Shown here piece after piece: positions 1 through 15,300 of a DNA stretch of 64,000 bases (positions within the stretch are counted from its first letter, which is position 1; every line of letters begins with the position of its first letter). Position numbers and translations under genes: made by a program. This DNA is from Chrysomallon squamiferum (lineage: Eukaryota; Animalia; Mollusca), in NCBI GenBank assembly GCA_012295275.1, contig CM022667.1, forward strand, positions 2,542,001-2,606,000, read 5' to 3'. The notes under the pieces were generated by a model. That model did not search any database. It was not told the DNA's origin and saw only the letters and a program-made list of their open reading frames with translations.

Positions 1-1200
1 TATTCTTTTGTCTGTTTTTAATGTGATAAATGAATTATGTAAGTGATTTCAAGATATGTGAAGTTATTTTTATCTGTATATATTTATGTAAGAGACAGGA
101 ATTCTCACTTTGGAAATCCTGTTTTATTATATTTGTATACAATAATAATAGTTTGTTGGTTTTTTTAATCTCACAATATTAATCATTTATGTTATATACT
201 TTTATTTTATAATTTTAATTGTGGATGTCAACTAATTTTCAGTTTGTGCCCATTTTGAAACTGATCATAATTGTTATATTGCCTGTGCCATGTTTGTAAC
301 ATATAAACGATAAGCAGACATATACACATACAAATGCTTATGTAATTCACTGGCTTAATACTCTTCTGAAATTATAATTTAAAAAAATAATAAAGACAAG
401 TTACTAATTGTTGATATAGTGTTAATAATGCTCAAAATATACTAAAATATTATGTACTGTTATTTATTTATTAGTTTTTAATCCTAGTGAGAATGTTATA
501 CCTAGTATTTCTTCTTCTTCTTCTTTTTGCAATAATTAGTTAAAGATTTCAATTAAGAAATAAGGAAATGTTTTCAAATTAATACTTTTAGTCTTATGTA
601 AATTTGTACTGCATAAGTTGTTAATATATTACATTAGTGGTACATATATAGATCCTACACAGATATTTGTAAGAGATAAACTAATAAATTATGAATGAAA
701 AATTAATTTAATAAAAATTGTGTGGATTAGAAAATGTTTTATTTTTAAATCTTGCAAATAAATTTTTATTTTTATTTTTATTTTATTTTTTGCACATATT
801 GATTTTTATTTATAATCTGAATTATTTAGTATATAAAGTGACATTATGGATAACATGTTCAAAATGGGAGAAAAGCAAAATACTTGCATAAATATTCAGC
901 TTTAATTCTGAACCAAAATTAATAAATGAGATCATAGAAATATTAACTTAAGTTTCTGTTAATTGGATTAATGATCTCCTTAATATTATAAATAAAAACA
1001 ATATTTAACTCATAATAATTCTTAGTTTAAAAATAAAAATAAATTTAAAAAAAATAAATTCTAGTCTGATTGCTTTAAATGTAGTCTTTCTTTTTTTTTT
1101 TTTTTTTAAATTCATTATATATTTATAGAATGTTCTTGTGCTGTTGTGTCAGATATCTTATTATTTATTTATTGTCACATGTCAATAAAATCAATGAATA
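1..1200 (+). other. Probable 3' UTR/end of an upstream plus-strand gene converging on NFAT5
   Basis: T-rich plus strand with many TGTA motifs and AATAAA (e.g. 1184-1189); no coding exon seen. Compositional inference only. Confidence 0.3.
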
Positions 1201-2097
1201 ACCTTTAAATGATTTATTATTTTTCTCTCTTATGGCCATTATGTATCCAGTTATATCGACTTTTCAAATTTAATATTGCTAGTTTGTAACCTGATCATGT
1301 TTAACAAACACTCAGAATATCTTATTTAGTTTTCTTGCAAGTGCTCTAATTTATCAAAAAGCTGACATACGTGCTTTTTTTTTTCTAGAATCATCAGTTT
1401 CTGCTAAACCATTAAGTGTACATTTGTTACTAAGAAGAACCTATTTTGCAGTTCTAAATTATATTTTATTGACATTTAAAATAACTATAAAAAAAGAAAA
1501 GAATGGGCACTATCGTGATTTCTATAGTTTCTGCTAGAGTATTAAACAACCTCAGTTATCAACTGATCTTGCCCACTACAGTAAGACTATCTGCAAAATG
1601 ATTAAAATGGAGATGTTCAAATGGTTTTTTCAATAGCATTTTTTTTTCCCTCAATAATTTATTAGCTATTATTAGATTACTTTCCACACATTTAGGAATT
1701 GGTGTATTTGTTGAAATGGAAACATTATTTGTTTTGTTAGTTTCTATGTACTTGTCATGCAGGCCTGAACATACATGCCTACCAAACAGGCCTGAACAAA
1801 TATGCCTACAAGTCACTAACAATGATGCATGTTTTTGTTAGATTCAGACAGATAATGTTTTGTCACTGCTGTCTGCCTATTGATGTGTTAGGCTCCAGTT
1901 TAAAATTTCCATCAGATAATATGGTGTCTACATGATACTAAAGATGCTTTACACTTTGAGTTAGTTACCACTGTAGAGGTGGCAATGGTTGACCTTTGCT
2001 TTTCTTAATGCAAAATGTAATCTGATAATCTGTTTTAACAAAGATTATTCCATTAAAACTCAAAATCCCATAATCCAGTCAAAACTGCCAAGAGGAA

Positions 2098-2132
<35 letters not shown>

Positions 2133-5100
2133 GTTTTACAAGTACAATAGATACTGATATGAAATCATTTAAATATGTTCAGTGGTTAGAAAATTTTAGT
2201 ATTTTTAATGAACCATTATAGGGATGTATTCACATTTAATTAGTCAGTCATTGATTGCTAATAAATATTTAAGAAATGTTTCTACATGTTAAGACTACAA
2301 TACGATAGCAACTACTAACATTAAAAAAATATTCAACAGCCAATAAAATCACTGAATAAGAAGTCCTTGATATTGAAGTTATTATGTATCCTCCTACAAT
2401 CAGTGGTTTTTAATTTATATTCAAATTCAATTTGTATGCTAAAATGTATATTTTTATTGAAAAGTTGTGTCTTATTCTAATAATCTTTGACAGTAAGGAA
2501 GATCGAGAATTAGGTTGTGAATAGAAATTTTGTTTCTTTCTTTGTGTGTGCATGCATATTGAGGATTTCCTGTCTGAAATGCTTGGAAATGTTTCTGATT
2601 TCACAATTTTTCTGATTTTTTAATATAAAAAGTTTTAAAATGTGTTCAAAAGTCTAAACGTGTATGTATAGTTCGTACAGATAGTCTATGTGTATTTTAT
2701 ATAATATTTGAAAATAAATTTGTGCTTTTAATGAGTTAAGAAAAACTATCATAATCTCAGCTGCTCAAAAGATTTCAAATTTTGGAATTTTTGGTAAAAA
2801 CATTCTCAATCTGTATACAGTAAGTCACTGTTGTATTTGTAGCTTTTAACCAATCTTTACTTAATTATAAAGTATGGAAATACAAACATGCTTATAAATC
2901 TTTTTTAAGTAATTGATACTGATTTTTTTTCTTCTGTTTCAACGTTTCAAAAGGTAAATTTAAAAAATCAGATGAGAAACTTCTGAAAAGTTAAGCTCTC
3001 TATCTTAGACGGTTATACAAAATAACTTAATATTTTGCAAAAACTGGGCAGCACAAACACAGTAATAATTTTGAATTACATAAAATGTATTTATCCTGTT
3101 GTTTATCACCCAAAGGCACAATAAGAAAGAAATTTAGATTTCCGATTATAGTCAAGATTCTCTCTGAAATGACTGGAAAAAAAATAAATGAAAGAAGATT
3201 ATTCATGAAAAAGTAAACAATAAAAGAAAGGAATAAAATAAAACAATACAAAAACAATTTTAGGATTATCACAAAATTTAATCCGATAATCCAAGTAGCC
3301 CTTTGTTTTAAAAAAAATAATATATCACAAAATCTTTTATTCATCTGAAGACACAAACGTTATTCCGGTAAAACTTTTTAATGACAAAACCCCACAATCC
3401 ACTCAGAAATGCCAATTGTAATTCTTTTTTTTTTTTTCATTATCATAATTTTATTTTTATTTTTTTTCAACAAAATATGAAAACGTATAAAACTATGAAA
3501 CTTCCAAATATAAAGCTTGGTTCATTTAATTTTAATACAGTTTAATATCAAAATAGTGTTTGAGCAAAGACATGGGACAGTGAACAATTCTTTATGAAAT
3601 TCAGGCATATATCAAAATGACTTTTTTTTTTCAAATATATTCATAATGATGAATTTTTAATGAGTCTTTTAATAAATTATTATTAAGTTTACTGTTAACT
3701 TTTTAAATTTAGTATTATTACTTACAAGGAATTTATGTATCTGTTAATAAGTTTGTAATATTATGTTACAACTGTTTTAATTTATAAATAGCAAAATTAG
3801 TTTTGTAGTTGGCTGTATTTTGGTTATATCAATTGGACATATCTTTTAAACTTATTAAAGACATCTGAATTTAATGTATAATTAAGGGAAATGATTTTTC
3901 AAATTAAATCTTTCAGATTTTTATATCAAACTGTCATTCCACCAATTGCATTGATTTGCAAAACAGATCACAAATAATCACACCAATTTTGTTTTTGTTT
4001 TTTTCAAAGTTAAAATAATAAATAAATAAATAGAAATCTTGCTATAAATAAACATTTCTTTTCCTCTGCATTTAAATTGTTGTCTTAATTAAAATACTCT
4101 AGAAGTATCATTAAAAATAATCTAAAAAACTAATTAAAAAAACTCAAACAGTATTAAGATGTCAACTGTTTTTCATGCAATACTTTTTTTCTAAAACCTC
4201 TTAAAAAGTTACATCTTTTGTTTAGTGCACACAGTATCTAAAACAAAAACAAAAAACAAAAGAAAAAAATGGTAAAAAAATAAAAGTAAAATGTAATCAA
4301 TTTAAAAAAATTAAAAAATACTGCTGAAGTTTGTTTTCTCATAATAAAGAAACCGTACATTTTTCTCCACCAATCTGTTTTGGTGTCAGATTTTTATTTC
4401 TGTAACAGAACAAACCAAACTGGTTTAGCCGAAACATTTTCACAATGATTTTTTTTTTTTAACAAAGGTTAAAGTTACACCACAAAGCAAACTAGTTTAC
4501 TTTACATAATCTGTTTTCTGTTAATTTTAAACTTTTCAAACATTTCATTCAACAATTAATTCATTTACTTTAACTTTAATAATCAAAGAGAACATCATAT
4601 ACAAAAAAGACTAAAACAATCCTTAAATATCAAAAAAAAATAAAAAAATAAGTAAATAATAAAAATGTATTCTTAAACAACTAAAAATATATTTTTAAAA
4701 AAGTAATTAATTTAAATTCAGATTTTTACAATTCCAACTATGAAATAAAAATGAGAAACTTGATTATCAAATGACATGCTTCCTCTAAAGTGTTCCATAA
4801 AACTACTATATGTTAGAAATTGCAACTTCTTTTTTCTGTTTCATAATTTTACTATTTTACTTTATATTTCTATTTTACTTCATATTTCACTTTAATAATT
4901 TTATATACTTGATAGCTGCTTACTGAAGATGTATAAAATATGTAGAAATTCTACATGTGATCCAATCTGAAGAATTTATCAAATTCAGTTCCAAAATGTT
5001 CAGATGGCAATTCCACCTACTGTCTTTAAACTTGTGTAACTTATTTTTTATCAATTAAAGAGATCTTATCAATTTAACTGTAAAAATTATGGAGATTTTT

Positions 5101-5186
5101 CAACATCTACATATGTCTCAAAACATTTCTTTTATGTACCTTTCCTAGTAGCATGTCCACATTTTGAACTGCCAACATCATAAATG

Positions 5187-5217
<31 letters not shown>

Positions 5218-5433
5218 CCAAACAATATAACACAAAATAACAAAAATAAAAATATTTTTTTTTTTTTTTAAACATTAAACATTCTGGCTTTACAATGATT
5301 CCAGTCTTTATTGGGTGAGAAACCAGAATGAGGAAAAACATTTTAAATAAAAAAATAAACTATCCAAAACATAGCTTTACAAAGACAGTCAGGCTATATA
5401 TATATACATACATATATATATATATATACACAC

Positions 5434-5484
<51 letters not shown>

Positions 5485-8400
5485 CACACATACACCCAAG
5501 CATTGCTTTATCATGATCACATCAAAAGCCAAAATTAACATAAAAAATACTGATACAGATAACAAACAAAGCAATGAAAACATCAACTCAATGTTCAACA
5601 TTGTCACTTATGTACAAGAACATTTTTTACTAACCTCAGATACACTTCAACATTTTTTTTTCCCATTCATTACATTTGTAAAATAAACCTCCAGTGTATC
5701 AGTTGTTACCTGTTTGCGACTGTGTCCTATTTAACTGATGTGCGTCTTAATCTCTTTGTACATTGTGCATGTACTTTTAGTATTCATTTCTAAGAAAAAA
5801 CAATACACTTGATGGGAAAACAAAACCCAGTTTCTTTGTTCTTTTTAAATTTCCTACACATTAATGGAAAATATTTCTGGATCATTTATTAAAAAAAAAA
5901 TTAATTATATAATAAATAAGTAAGTAATTAATGTTCACAAATTGTTTTATTTTATTTTGTTTATACATTTTTTATGAGATTTTTCTGATTTGCTGGGATT
6001 TTTTTTTTTCCCCCCGTCAGATTTGTCTGTAAAAAGGGTGCCACAATGAAACAATAAATTTACTGTTCTTAACAGTTAATATTTGCTAATTACAAAACAA
6101 TTTAAATGGTTCAAGACACATTATTTATTGTTATTAAACTCTACTTAATCATTTTGTTCAATTTATTATTCTTTTTTTGTTTTTTTTAAACATAAACTTT
6201 TGTTATCTTTAAAAATTTATCAACAAATTTTTAAAACACTACACTTTTACTAAAACACATCTGTGTATCTGAGGATGTAAACTGAACAAATGAACTATAT
6301 TTATCTATATCATATATATATATATACATTTAAAATAATGTTTAATGATGTTGATTAATACAGTGAATACAAAATTATCACGGAGCTCAGAATTATACTG
6401 GGAGACTGGGAATGATTTTGTTTTTTGTTTTTGTTGTTTAATTTTAAAAGCGTGTCTTGAACTTTTGGCAAGAAATGACAGCAACAATCCAACATCTTGA
6501 TTCCTGTTACTGTTATTTCCATACACACTTTGATTCCCAGTTCTCCAGTAATAACCGTTTTACATGATTGAGATGAAGTGATTGTGAAAACAAAAATTCA
6601 GAATGGGGAAAAAAAAAAAGAGATGAGGAAGCAATTAATTTATTTACAGTTTACTTGTAGGCACCATTTTACTGCACAATGTTATAAAGATCACCAAAAA
6701 AAAAAATAAAAAAAAAAAATAAAAAAAAAAAATAAAAAAAAAAATATATATATTTTTACAGTTATATATTACAAATATACAAATCTTACAAAGTGATTTC
6801 TGGGAGGGTAAATGCATGTTATATGTAGATGTGTATAATGTAATGTATGAGTTGATCTCTGCTGCCCAGTTGTTTTTATCTTCTGTATATATATGTATAT
6901 ATATACTGTTTAAATTAATTATGAAATGCCTTCAATTTCCACAAAACCAACAAGCAAAAATGTATGAACAAACGATTATGAAAAAAAACACCAAAAGGTT
7001 CTCAGCAATTACAAGTTCTAATGCATAGCGAGCATAAACAAAAAAGCAAAAATGCTAGAGTAAAAAAATGAACAATGTACATTTTCTTACCTTTATTATT
7101 TAACAAGAAAATTAATGCACTGATTTAAAACCGACTTCTACCAACACTGTTTAATTAACACTGTTCTTTAAAAAAACACATTAAAAAAAAAAAAACATTA
7201 AAAACAACAATACAGAAACTGAATAAATCTCACATAAAAAATAAACCATTGAAGACCTGTTGAAGACCGTGCTAAGTTATTAAAGACTATTTGCTTTTCC
7301 TAAGGATTCAAATAATTTTCAAAAGATTTTTTTTTCTTTCTTTTCTTCAAATACACAGCATTTCATTATACTCTAATTTTTTAAATCATACTTCATTTTG
7401 ACCAAAATGTAATTTATCAAGATTTAGAAATTTAGTTTTAAAGATGTGTGTGTGTGTGTGTGTGTGTATTTAACCTACATCAGTTAGTGTTAATTGAACA
7501 GTGTGGTATGACGTCAATGAAACTCACAATTCATCAATTTTTTTTTTTTTAAAAACATTCAATCAAGAGCCAGAGTCAAGGAAGCTATTTAAACATACGT
7601 TAGAAGCATTTAAAAAATATTAAATATATCTTAATTATAATTTCATATAAAAAAAAAAATATAGTCAGTATTTAAACAATATGTAATTACTATTACAAAA
7701 GATTGATTCTGCTTAAAATATCTGATTAAATTTCATTATTTCAGTTATTATAAAAAAATCAAAATCATAACAATAAAAACAGCATTATTAAAAGATTCAA
7801 TGCATAATGCATTAAACTAATTAATTAGCATTTGGGTATTTTGTAACGATTTTCACAGGCATTTCTTCTGAAATAGTTTCTAAAATACAATAACTGAATT
7901 ACTGACATTTTGATACTTGCATACCACCATCATGAAGCAATATTAAAACCAACAAAGCATTCAATTAAAAATAACAATAAGAAAAAAAGAAAAAGAAAAA
8001 AAAAAAGATTAAAAAAATTTACAAGACTAGATTAAAAATCATTCATTTTGTAAAGACTAGATTTTTGTTTCTTAAAGAAATCGTTTTTCATTTAATTTCC
8101 TTTTTTTACAAAATGTGTGAATATTTCTATTAAACTGAAATGGAAAAGGTGAAAGAATTTGTTTCTCAAGTTCCTGAGTTGGTTTTTGGAGACAAAAGCA
8201 GCAGTATTATGAACAAATATACACATTTTTTTAATTAATTTTTTTTTTAACTGGACTGGGAAAATACTGAACTTTAATAATAATAATAATAATAATACAT
8301 AAATGAATTAACAGTAAGTATAAAAATTTATTTAAATTTCAAAGTACACAAAGAACTATAATGCGAAGGTTATATAATTATTTAATTTATGTGTATATAC

Positions 8401-8901
8401 GGTGAATTTAATTAATACTTATCATGTACAGAAATGAAACAATATTGGAGATAACCAGTTTTTAAACAAAATAAAAATAAAAATAAATGAAATATGTGTA
8501 TGTTAATTAAGTGTCTGAAAGTACTCTAGAATAATAATACATATGCAACAGAATTTATAAAAAAATTCTTTTTTAAAATAGCAATTTTTGTTTTATTTTA
8601 ATTTAAATCAAAAAAATTCTATGGCAGTTTTATTAACCACATCACAAATAATAAAATAAAAATATTTGTTTCAGTACAAACAATTTAGTGTTAACAATTG
8701 TGACTGGTTTCTGAATTTTTTAATTAACAATATTTCGATACACTGCACCATGTTAATAATTTTTCAATTAACCCTGTATAACTCACCCACAAATAACAGT
8801 ATGTTCCAAAAGAGTGAAACTTCACAATATTTTTAAACTATTCTTCATTAATAAATGCATTATTATAATAATGAGTTATCACAATCATATTTTTTTATAT
8901 T

Positions 8902-8933
<32 letters not shown>

Positions 8934-11900
8934 TTTTTGTTTGTTTGTTAGGTTTATTTATTTTATTATTTCATTTTATTTTTGTTTTTTGGTGGTTTTG
9001 TGTCCATGTTGTCAACAGTCATCTTTTTGTTTGTCTTGGCAAAGACAAAATTTAATATGACAGTCTGAATGTCTGGTGGGAATCTTAATACTGAAGTTAA
9101 ATATTTTTAATTTTCAATACATGAAGATATAAAAAATAAAAAAAATAAAGAAATCAATGCATAAAAATCAAAACAGTGTTGCTCATAACAACTAAAATAA
9201 CAACCTTTTAAAAATTAATCAAACATAATTACAAATGGCATTTAGTTTTCTTTATTGCACTTTATAAAAAGGGAAAATATTAAAAGATCTTATCTGGTAA
9301 CAATAATTTACTTTTGATTTTAATCAACCATATGATAATGAAGATATTTTTACAAATGACATTTAGCCCCATTCGATAAAAACTCTGATGAGGAAAAAAC
9401 CCGTAACCTTTCATTTTCACCTGGCAGCAATTAAAAACAACAATTTGGGGCGTTTTAAAAACAAAAATTTTAAATATATAGATATAAGTAATATTTTAAA
9501 TTTTTCATTAGTTACAGTTATGAAATATGTTTTTCCAGATTTTAGAAATACTTTCGTTTATTCATCTTTTCCATTATTTATTTTATCATGCTATTTCGGA
9601 AGATGCATTATGAAAAGATTAAAAATTTTATTAATACTTTAAATATTTTACAAAAAATAATACTCAAATTTTTGTTAAGCTGAGTATACTATAAAAATTA
9701 TTATTACTTCTTTTTTTTTTTTTATAGAACTGCTGCAGATATTTGCAAGACAAAGCAAGCTTAAAAAATTAAAATTCGAAAAATTCGTGCAAAAAGTTAG
9801 TTTAAAAAAAAAAAAAAAATAATAAAGAACTAAAACCCCTAAATGATGGTGGCAAAAAAACAAAGACAAAGGTGATATTCAAGAGATGGATTGAGGTGGA
9901 TGCAAAGGAAGTAGCATTTTTCAGTTATGCTGATGTAGAATTATAAGTAATTAAATTCATGGCAGATTAGGTTTCAAATAAGATACATAAATACAAACAT
10001 GGTCCTGTCTATCAGCGACAACAATAGCCAGTGTCACTGGAATGTAATCTGAATAAATTAAAACTTTTCTTATTACAAAATACTGACATATATATTAAAT
10101 TCTGAGGGGATTATACAAAACAACCAAAATAACAATAATAAACAACCCTCTCGTCCTAGTAACATATTTTTTAAACTTTTATTTTCTCCAAAAATATTGT
10201 TTTTAGAATCATAAAAATTGAGTATTAAGGGAACAAAACAAGTTTTGTGGGGACAATAAAAGATAAATTATTATTTATTATTAATAGATGAAAATATTAT
10301 TGTATTTTTCCTATCCAATGAAAAAGATTTTTATTCATTTTACTAACTGGGCAGTTATTTTTGTCATGTCAAATATACTTTTATAAAACAGTCAGAATGA
10401 GAAAACTTAATTGTGAAACTAAGAACATTTCTGTAATAGTTATTATATATTAATTCAATTTTAAAAATACTCTACAGCCATGTTGTTTTATCAAACAAAT
10501 CTACAAATCAGTTAAAACAAACCCAACAACAGTCAAATGAATTTAACTAATTACGTTCTGATTTAGACAATGTTACTTGCTTATTCCAATAATGAACATA
10601 CCATCTGCAAAGTGAATCAGATCTGAACTTGTTAGTTTGACTGGAATGGCTACAACTAAAGCAAATTTTAACCAGTAGTTTGAAGTTTTTAATCTGTGCA
10701 CACTTCTGTGACAGATATGACTTCAATATGTTCAAAAATGTGATGACGTTTTTACTATTACCATGAAATATCAGTAGGTATTAGCCTATAATTTAATTTA
10801 AAAAAAAAAAAATTTTTTAAATTTAAAAAGTACACGAATGAAACTAAATGAAAATGAGAGGTACACTTAAAACAGAAGCACATTGAAAAACTAGTCTTTG
10901 GTATCACGTGAAGGGAAATATAATGAGTATTGAAGACCAAATTGCAGATGCAGACTGTGTTGATGTTTACAGCTGGTATATTGGTTTCAAAATATCAGAC
11001 TTGTCATCTTTTGAAAAGAAATGAAAAAAAAAAAAATGCATTCATTACCAAGAACTGACAAATATTTTCTTTTACAACTATTTAAAAAATAAAATTAAAA
11101 AAAGGTCATTTTACAGGACATTAATAATTTTTTTTATTTCAATATTTAATTTAAAAACAATAAACAAAAACTTTATTATCATAATTTTTTTCTTTTATAC
11201 TGAAATCGGTTAGAAATTGCTTTCTGTTTGTTTACAACAATCTAAAATCTCATCAACATTTCATTGGTATGAATATTTTTTTTAATAAATAGTGTACTGC
11301 ACTAAACATCTGCTTGTTTGATGATGTATTTTAGAAAATAATGAATATAATCGAGAAATTAATTTACTTAATGCCATTTTTTTGTCTAAACTCTGAACTT
11401 TACACTTAAAATGATGAAAGCAATTCTAACCAAAGCCCTGAGATCTTATTTTCCTTTTTCAGATTGTCATTTCATTTAAATTTTGAAAAAAAAAAAAAAA
11501 AAAAACTTAAATTACCATGCTGATAACACAGTCAACAAGCAATAAAGTCTTTGTTCTAAATAACATGTTAAAAATGTACAAAAAGCAAAAAAATAAAATA
11601 AAAAATACATATGGCTACACTGCTAACCCTTTCACACTCACACATCCACAGAATGCTGTAACCGTTTTTTTTTCTTCTTCTTCTTCAGAACACAAACCAA
11701 ATATGTGGAAAGTTTAAGGAGTGAAAAGGATCAGCTTGTTTTTACAAACAAAAAGTACAACCTCTCAAATATACAATGTTTTCACAGCACAGATAGATTG
11801 CTACAAAAAAAAAAAAAAAAAAAAACACGATCTAAAAATATACAAGTTAGCTGCCTTTGCGAAGCTATGGATGATTCTTCGTACACAAAAGTTTACATTC

Positions 11901-12312
11901 TGCAAACCCAAACCACACTGCAGTGGCTGAAGATTTCTCACCACTTTCCTCAATGATTTATGACACAACATTAAAATGAGACACAGCAATGTTGTCTACT
12001 GAAGATCTTATTATTTATGTATATTTCTTATATATATATATATATTTTTTTTTTTGTTTATGTTTTTTTTTTTTAAATCAACTGGAGGACTTCTGGTAAA
12101 AATCTTACCCAGCTAGTGATGTTTGAGAGGATTTCTGGTATTCTGTTACCAATCACAACTAAAGCATCCTCGGAAAGAACTTCATCCTCGTTCTGAGCTA
12201 CCTGATCATGGCTATGACATGATGTGGTCGAGAAATCCGACACTATGATTAGATGGACACACTAACATCACAAGCATCTGACACAGTGACAAGACACCAC
12301 TCAGCTTTATTG

Positions 12313-15300
12313 CTATCTCAAGCCATTCTGATGTCCAAGTAATGTCTTCAACAGAGCTTCAACTGAAAAAAAAAAAAAAATTAAATAAATAAATTAATTA
12401 AAAACATTATAACTAAATTAATTTCTTATAAAATGTTCACAAATATGATTAATCATAGACATTTTTTTTTTTTAAATTAATTCAGCTCAGTCAAAAGTCC
12501 CCTCCTTTACCAAGTGGACTGATGAGATTTACTGTAAATCATGCTACTATACCAAAAAAAAAGAAATGCATTTACATCATAAAATCAAATATTATTAAGT
12601 TAAAAGTAACAGCTGCGAAATTTCAACATATAAAGGTTTTCACAGTAAAAATATATTCTGTCAAGTGATGGAAGAACTGTTAAAAATACTTCTGGGAGAG
12701 AACAGTTATCTTAATGGTTATTATGTGGTTATTATCATAATGAAAAGGATTGCATAAGCTTGATTTTACTTTACCTCTACACAAATATATACACTCTCTC
12801 ACTCACTATCTCACACACTCTCTCTCTCTCTCTCTCTCTCGCTGACTCTCATACACAGATTTCTTTATATAAAAAGGACTGTACCATTGTTGATGTCCTG
12901 TAACGGCTGAACCAGTGCACTAGTAGTTGTGTTGCCTGGAAGAATCAGGATCATTGGAGTCTGCAGTGGTGGTGGACTGGATGTGGCTGGTGGAGTCACC
13001 TGTTGTGGCAAACTCGTCATGTTCGTACTAGACACCATTGGGGAGGATGTCTGAACATTATTTGCTAAAAAAAAAAAAAAAATTCAATCTATTTTGACTT
13101 AAAAGCATTTAAAATAGTCTAGAAATGTATCAACACTAATATATGTTTTAAAATATCTTGTATGCCTCTTAAAAACTAAAGTGACCATACAAGTCTTGTA
13201 AAATAAACTGAACCTGTCGACAAATTAAGCTGAAATTTGACAGACATTCAAAGAAATAATTACATAATCTTATGTTAAAACTCATCGCAAAATATGTAAC
13301 ATCAATTTTATGTGCATAATCACCAATAAAACAATATTTATATATATATATGTAGTCTGGGATATTAGCCAAGTGTTATACACATTTTAATATTTTTTTA
13401 ATGTAATACTGCAAAACACTGTGAACTAATTAACATACTTGACGGCGGAGAATTCATGAAAACATTTTTCAGCTGCGTTGCTGCTGCCGATTCACACCCT
13501 GTCATCATCCTCACCGGAGCAGCGTTCTGGTTGTTGGACGACACAACCGTCGTGACACTCTGGGGCATGTTACCAGGCGGAAGCTGAAAAGACGCTGGTG
13601 AATTTGTCTGCGTGGGCAGATCAGTCCTGGGCACAGACGATGTGCTGGAGATGCCCTGGACAGTTCCAGGAGGAAGTTGAAACAACGATGTCGTTGAGGC
13701 AGTCCTTTGTTGCTCCACGTGATGAATCAAATCCAAAGCATCTGGAAACATAAAGAAAAATGTAAATTTAAAATTGAAGACCATTCCTAACTAACAACTT
13801 TGATATTGTTTCAGTAATTATTGAGAATTACTATTTATCCAAGATTATCATTTTTTTTTTTTTTTTTTTTTTAACATAGTTAAAAATTTACTGCTGAAAA
13901 TTAGTTTCCCTTGACAAATTAAAATCTATTTGTACAGAAAAATTTAAACAAACCTGGAGAGACTCCATATGATACAGATTTGTTTTGCATCTGATCTGTT
14001 TCCATGGGATCCTCCACTTTTACTGGTGGTGGCACTTGATAAAACAGATAAAAAACCTCCAGATTAATACAGAGAACAAAACAGACAACATAATGTCCAC
14101 ACTTTAATGGAGAGTCCTTAAGCTGGGCATGCACATTGAACCAACCCAGTACTCAACTCTAGAAAGTAACAATCTACATCTATTTTTAGTCCAGATTAAA
14201 AGTAAGTCTCTAACAAATTACGAAAAGTACAGGTTTTAAAATGATCTTTTGAACAACTATGCCCTACTGCTGCTTTGGAAATTATTTCTGAAACATTCAC
14301 ATTGAAGACCAAAAAAAAAAAAAAAATCACATATTAGAAATTATTTTCAAAACCAATGTAAGGATTAGTACAGAGTACATGCAAACTAAATAACAAAGTG
14401 AGTATGTGAGAGATTACATCATTTTACTAATTTCTGCAAGCACACAGATGTGAGACAATTAGTAATGGAGTATAACCCGCCCCTTAAAAGAACTCTCCTA
14501 TAAAGTGCAAACACAGATTTAATATCCCAAAACCAATACATAAATGACTTTACCCAATATCTACATCAAAAAAAAAAAAAAAAAATTAAAACAAAGAGGA
14601 AATAATTTGTTTAAAGTAAAATAATCACACAAATCATTAAAAAAAAAATAAATAAGTAAATAAAAATCAAGAAATAAGAAAACAATAATTAAAAAAAAAA
14701 AAAAAAAAATCCAACTTGAGAAAGAAGAAAGTGACAGACAAAAAGACACAAGAAATAAACTGCATAGTCAACAGAACAATTTATAACAAAATAAACAGTG
14801 CTAATAAAATATTTTCATTACCACTAAAGCTATGACAAACAATAAATTATGGTGTTGTGTATTTATAAAAAAAAAAAAAAAAAAAAAATTAAAATAAATA
14901 TTAAAGAAATAAGCCTATGAACATTTTGTAAAAAAGGGGTAATAAATATACTGGACGTTTTAATGCTAAAACACACACAACAAAATACTTGTCTGTTTTC
15001 TCTGGTCCAACAGTTCAAAATCATATGACGAATACTTCAGTTTGGTGGAAGAACACAAAACATGCAATGATGAGACATGAAGTAAATAAAACAGTAAAAA
15101 GTCTTAGAAAGTTATACCCCCATACACAAACACGTAAATCTATCTAAAACAATGATTTTAATATTAGCAGCTATTCTTAGTCCTTTTAGGTTTTTTTCCC
15201 ATCCCTCTCCACCCATTTCGTTTTGCTTGAAAACGTCTGACAAGACTGCAACTGATACAACACAGTATTATCACTTTTAAATAATCCACTCCGCTGACAT

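Noticed and set aside
12307-12315. NFAT5 stop context TAG CAA resembling a readthrough signal
   Set aside because: An in-frame TAA follows immediately, so readthrough would add only two residues.
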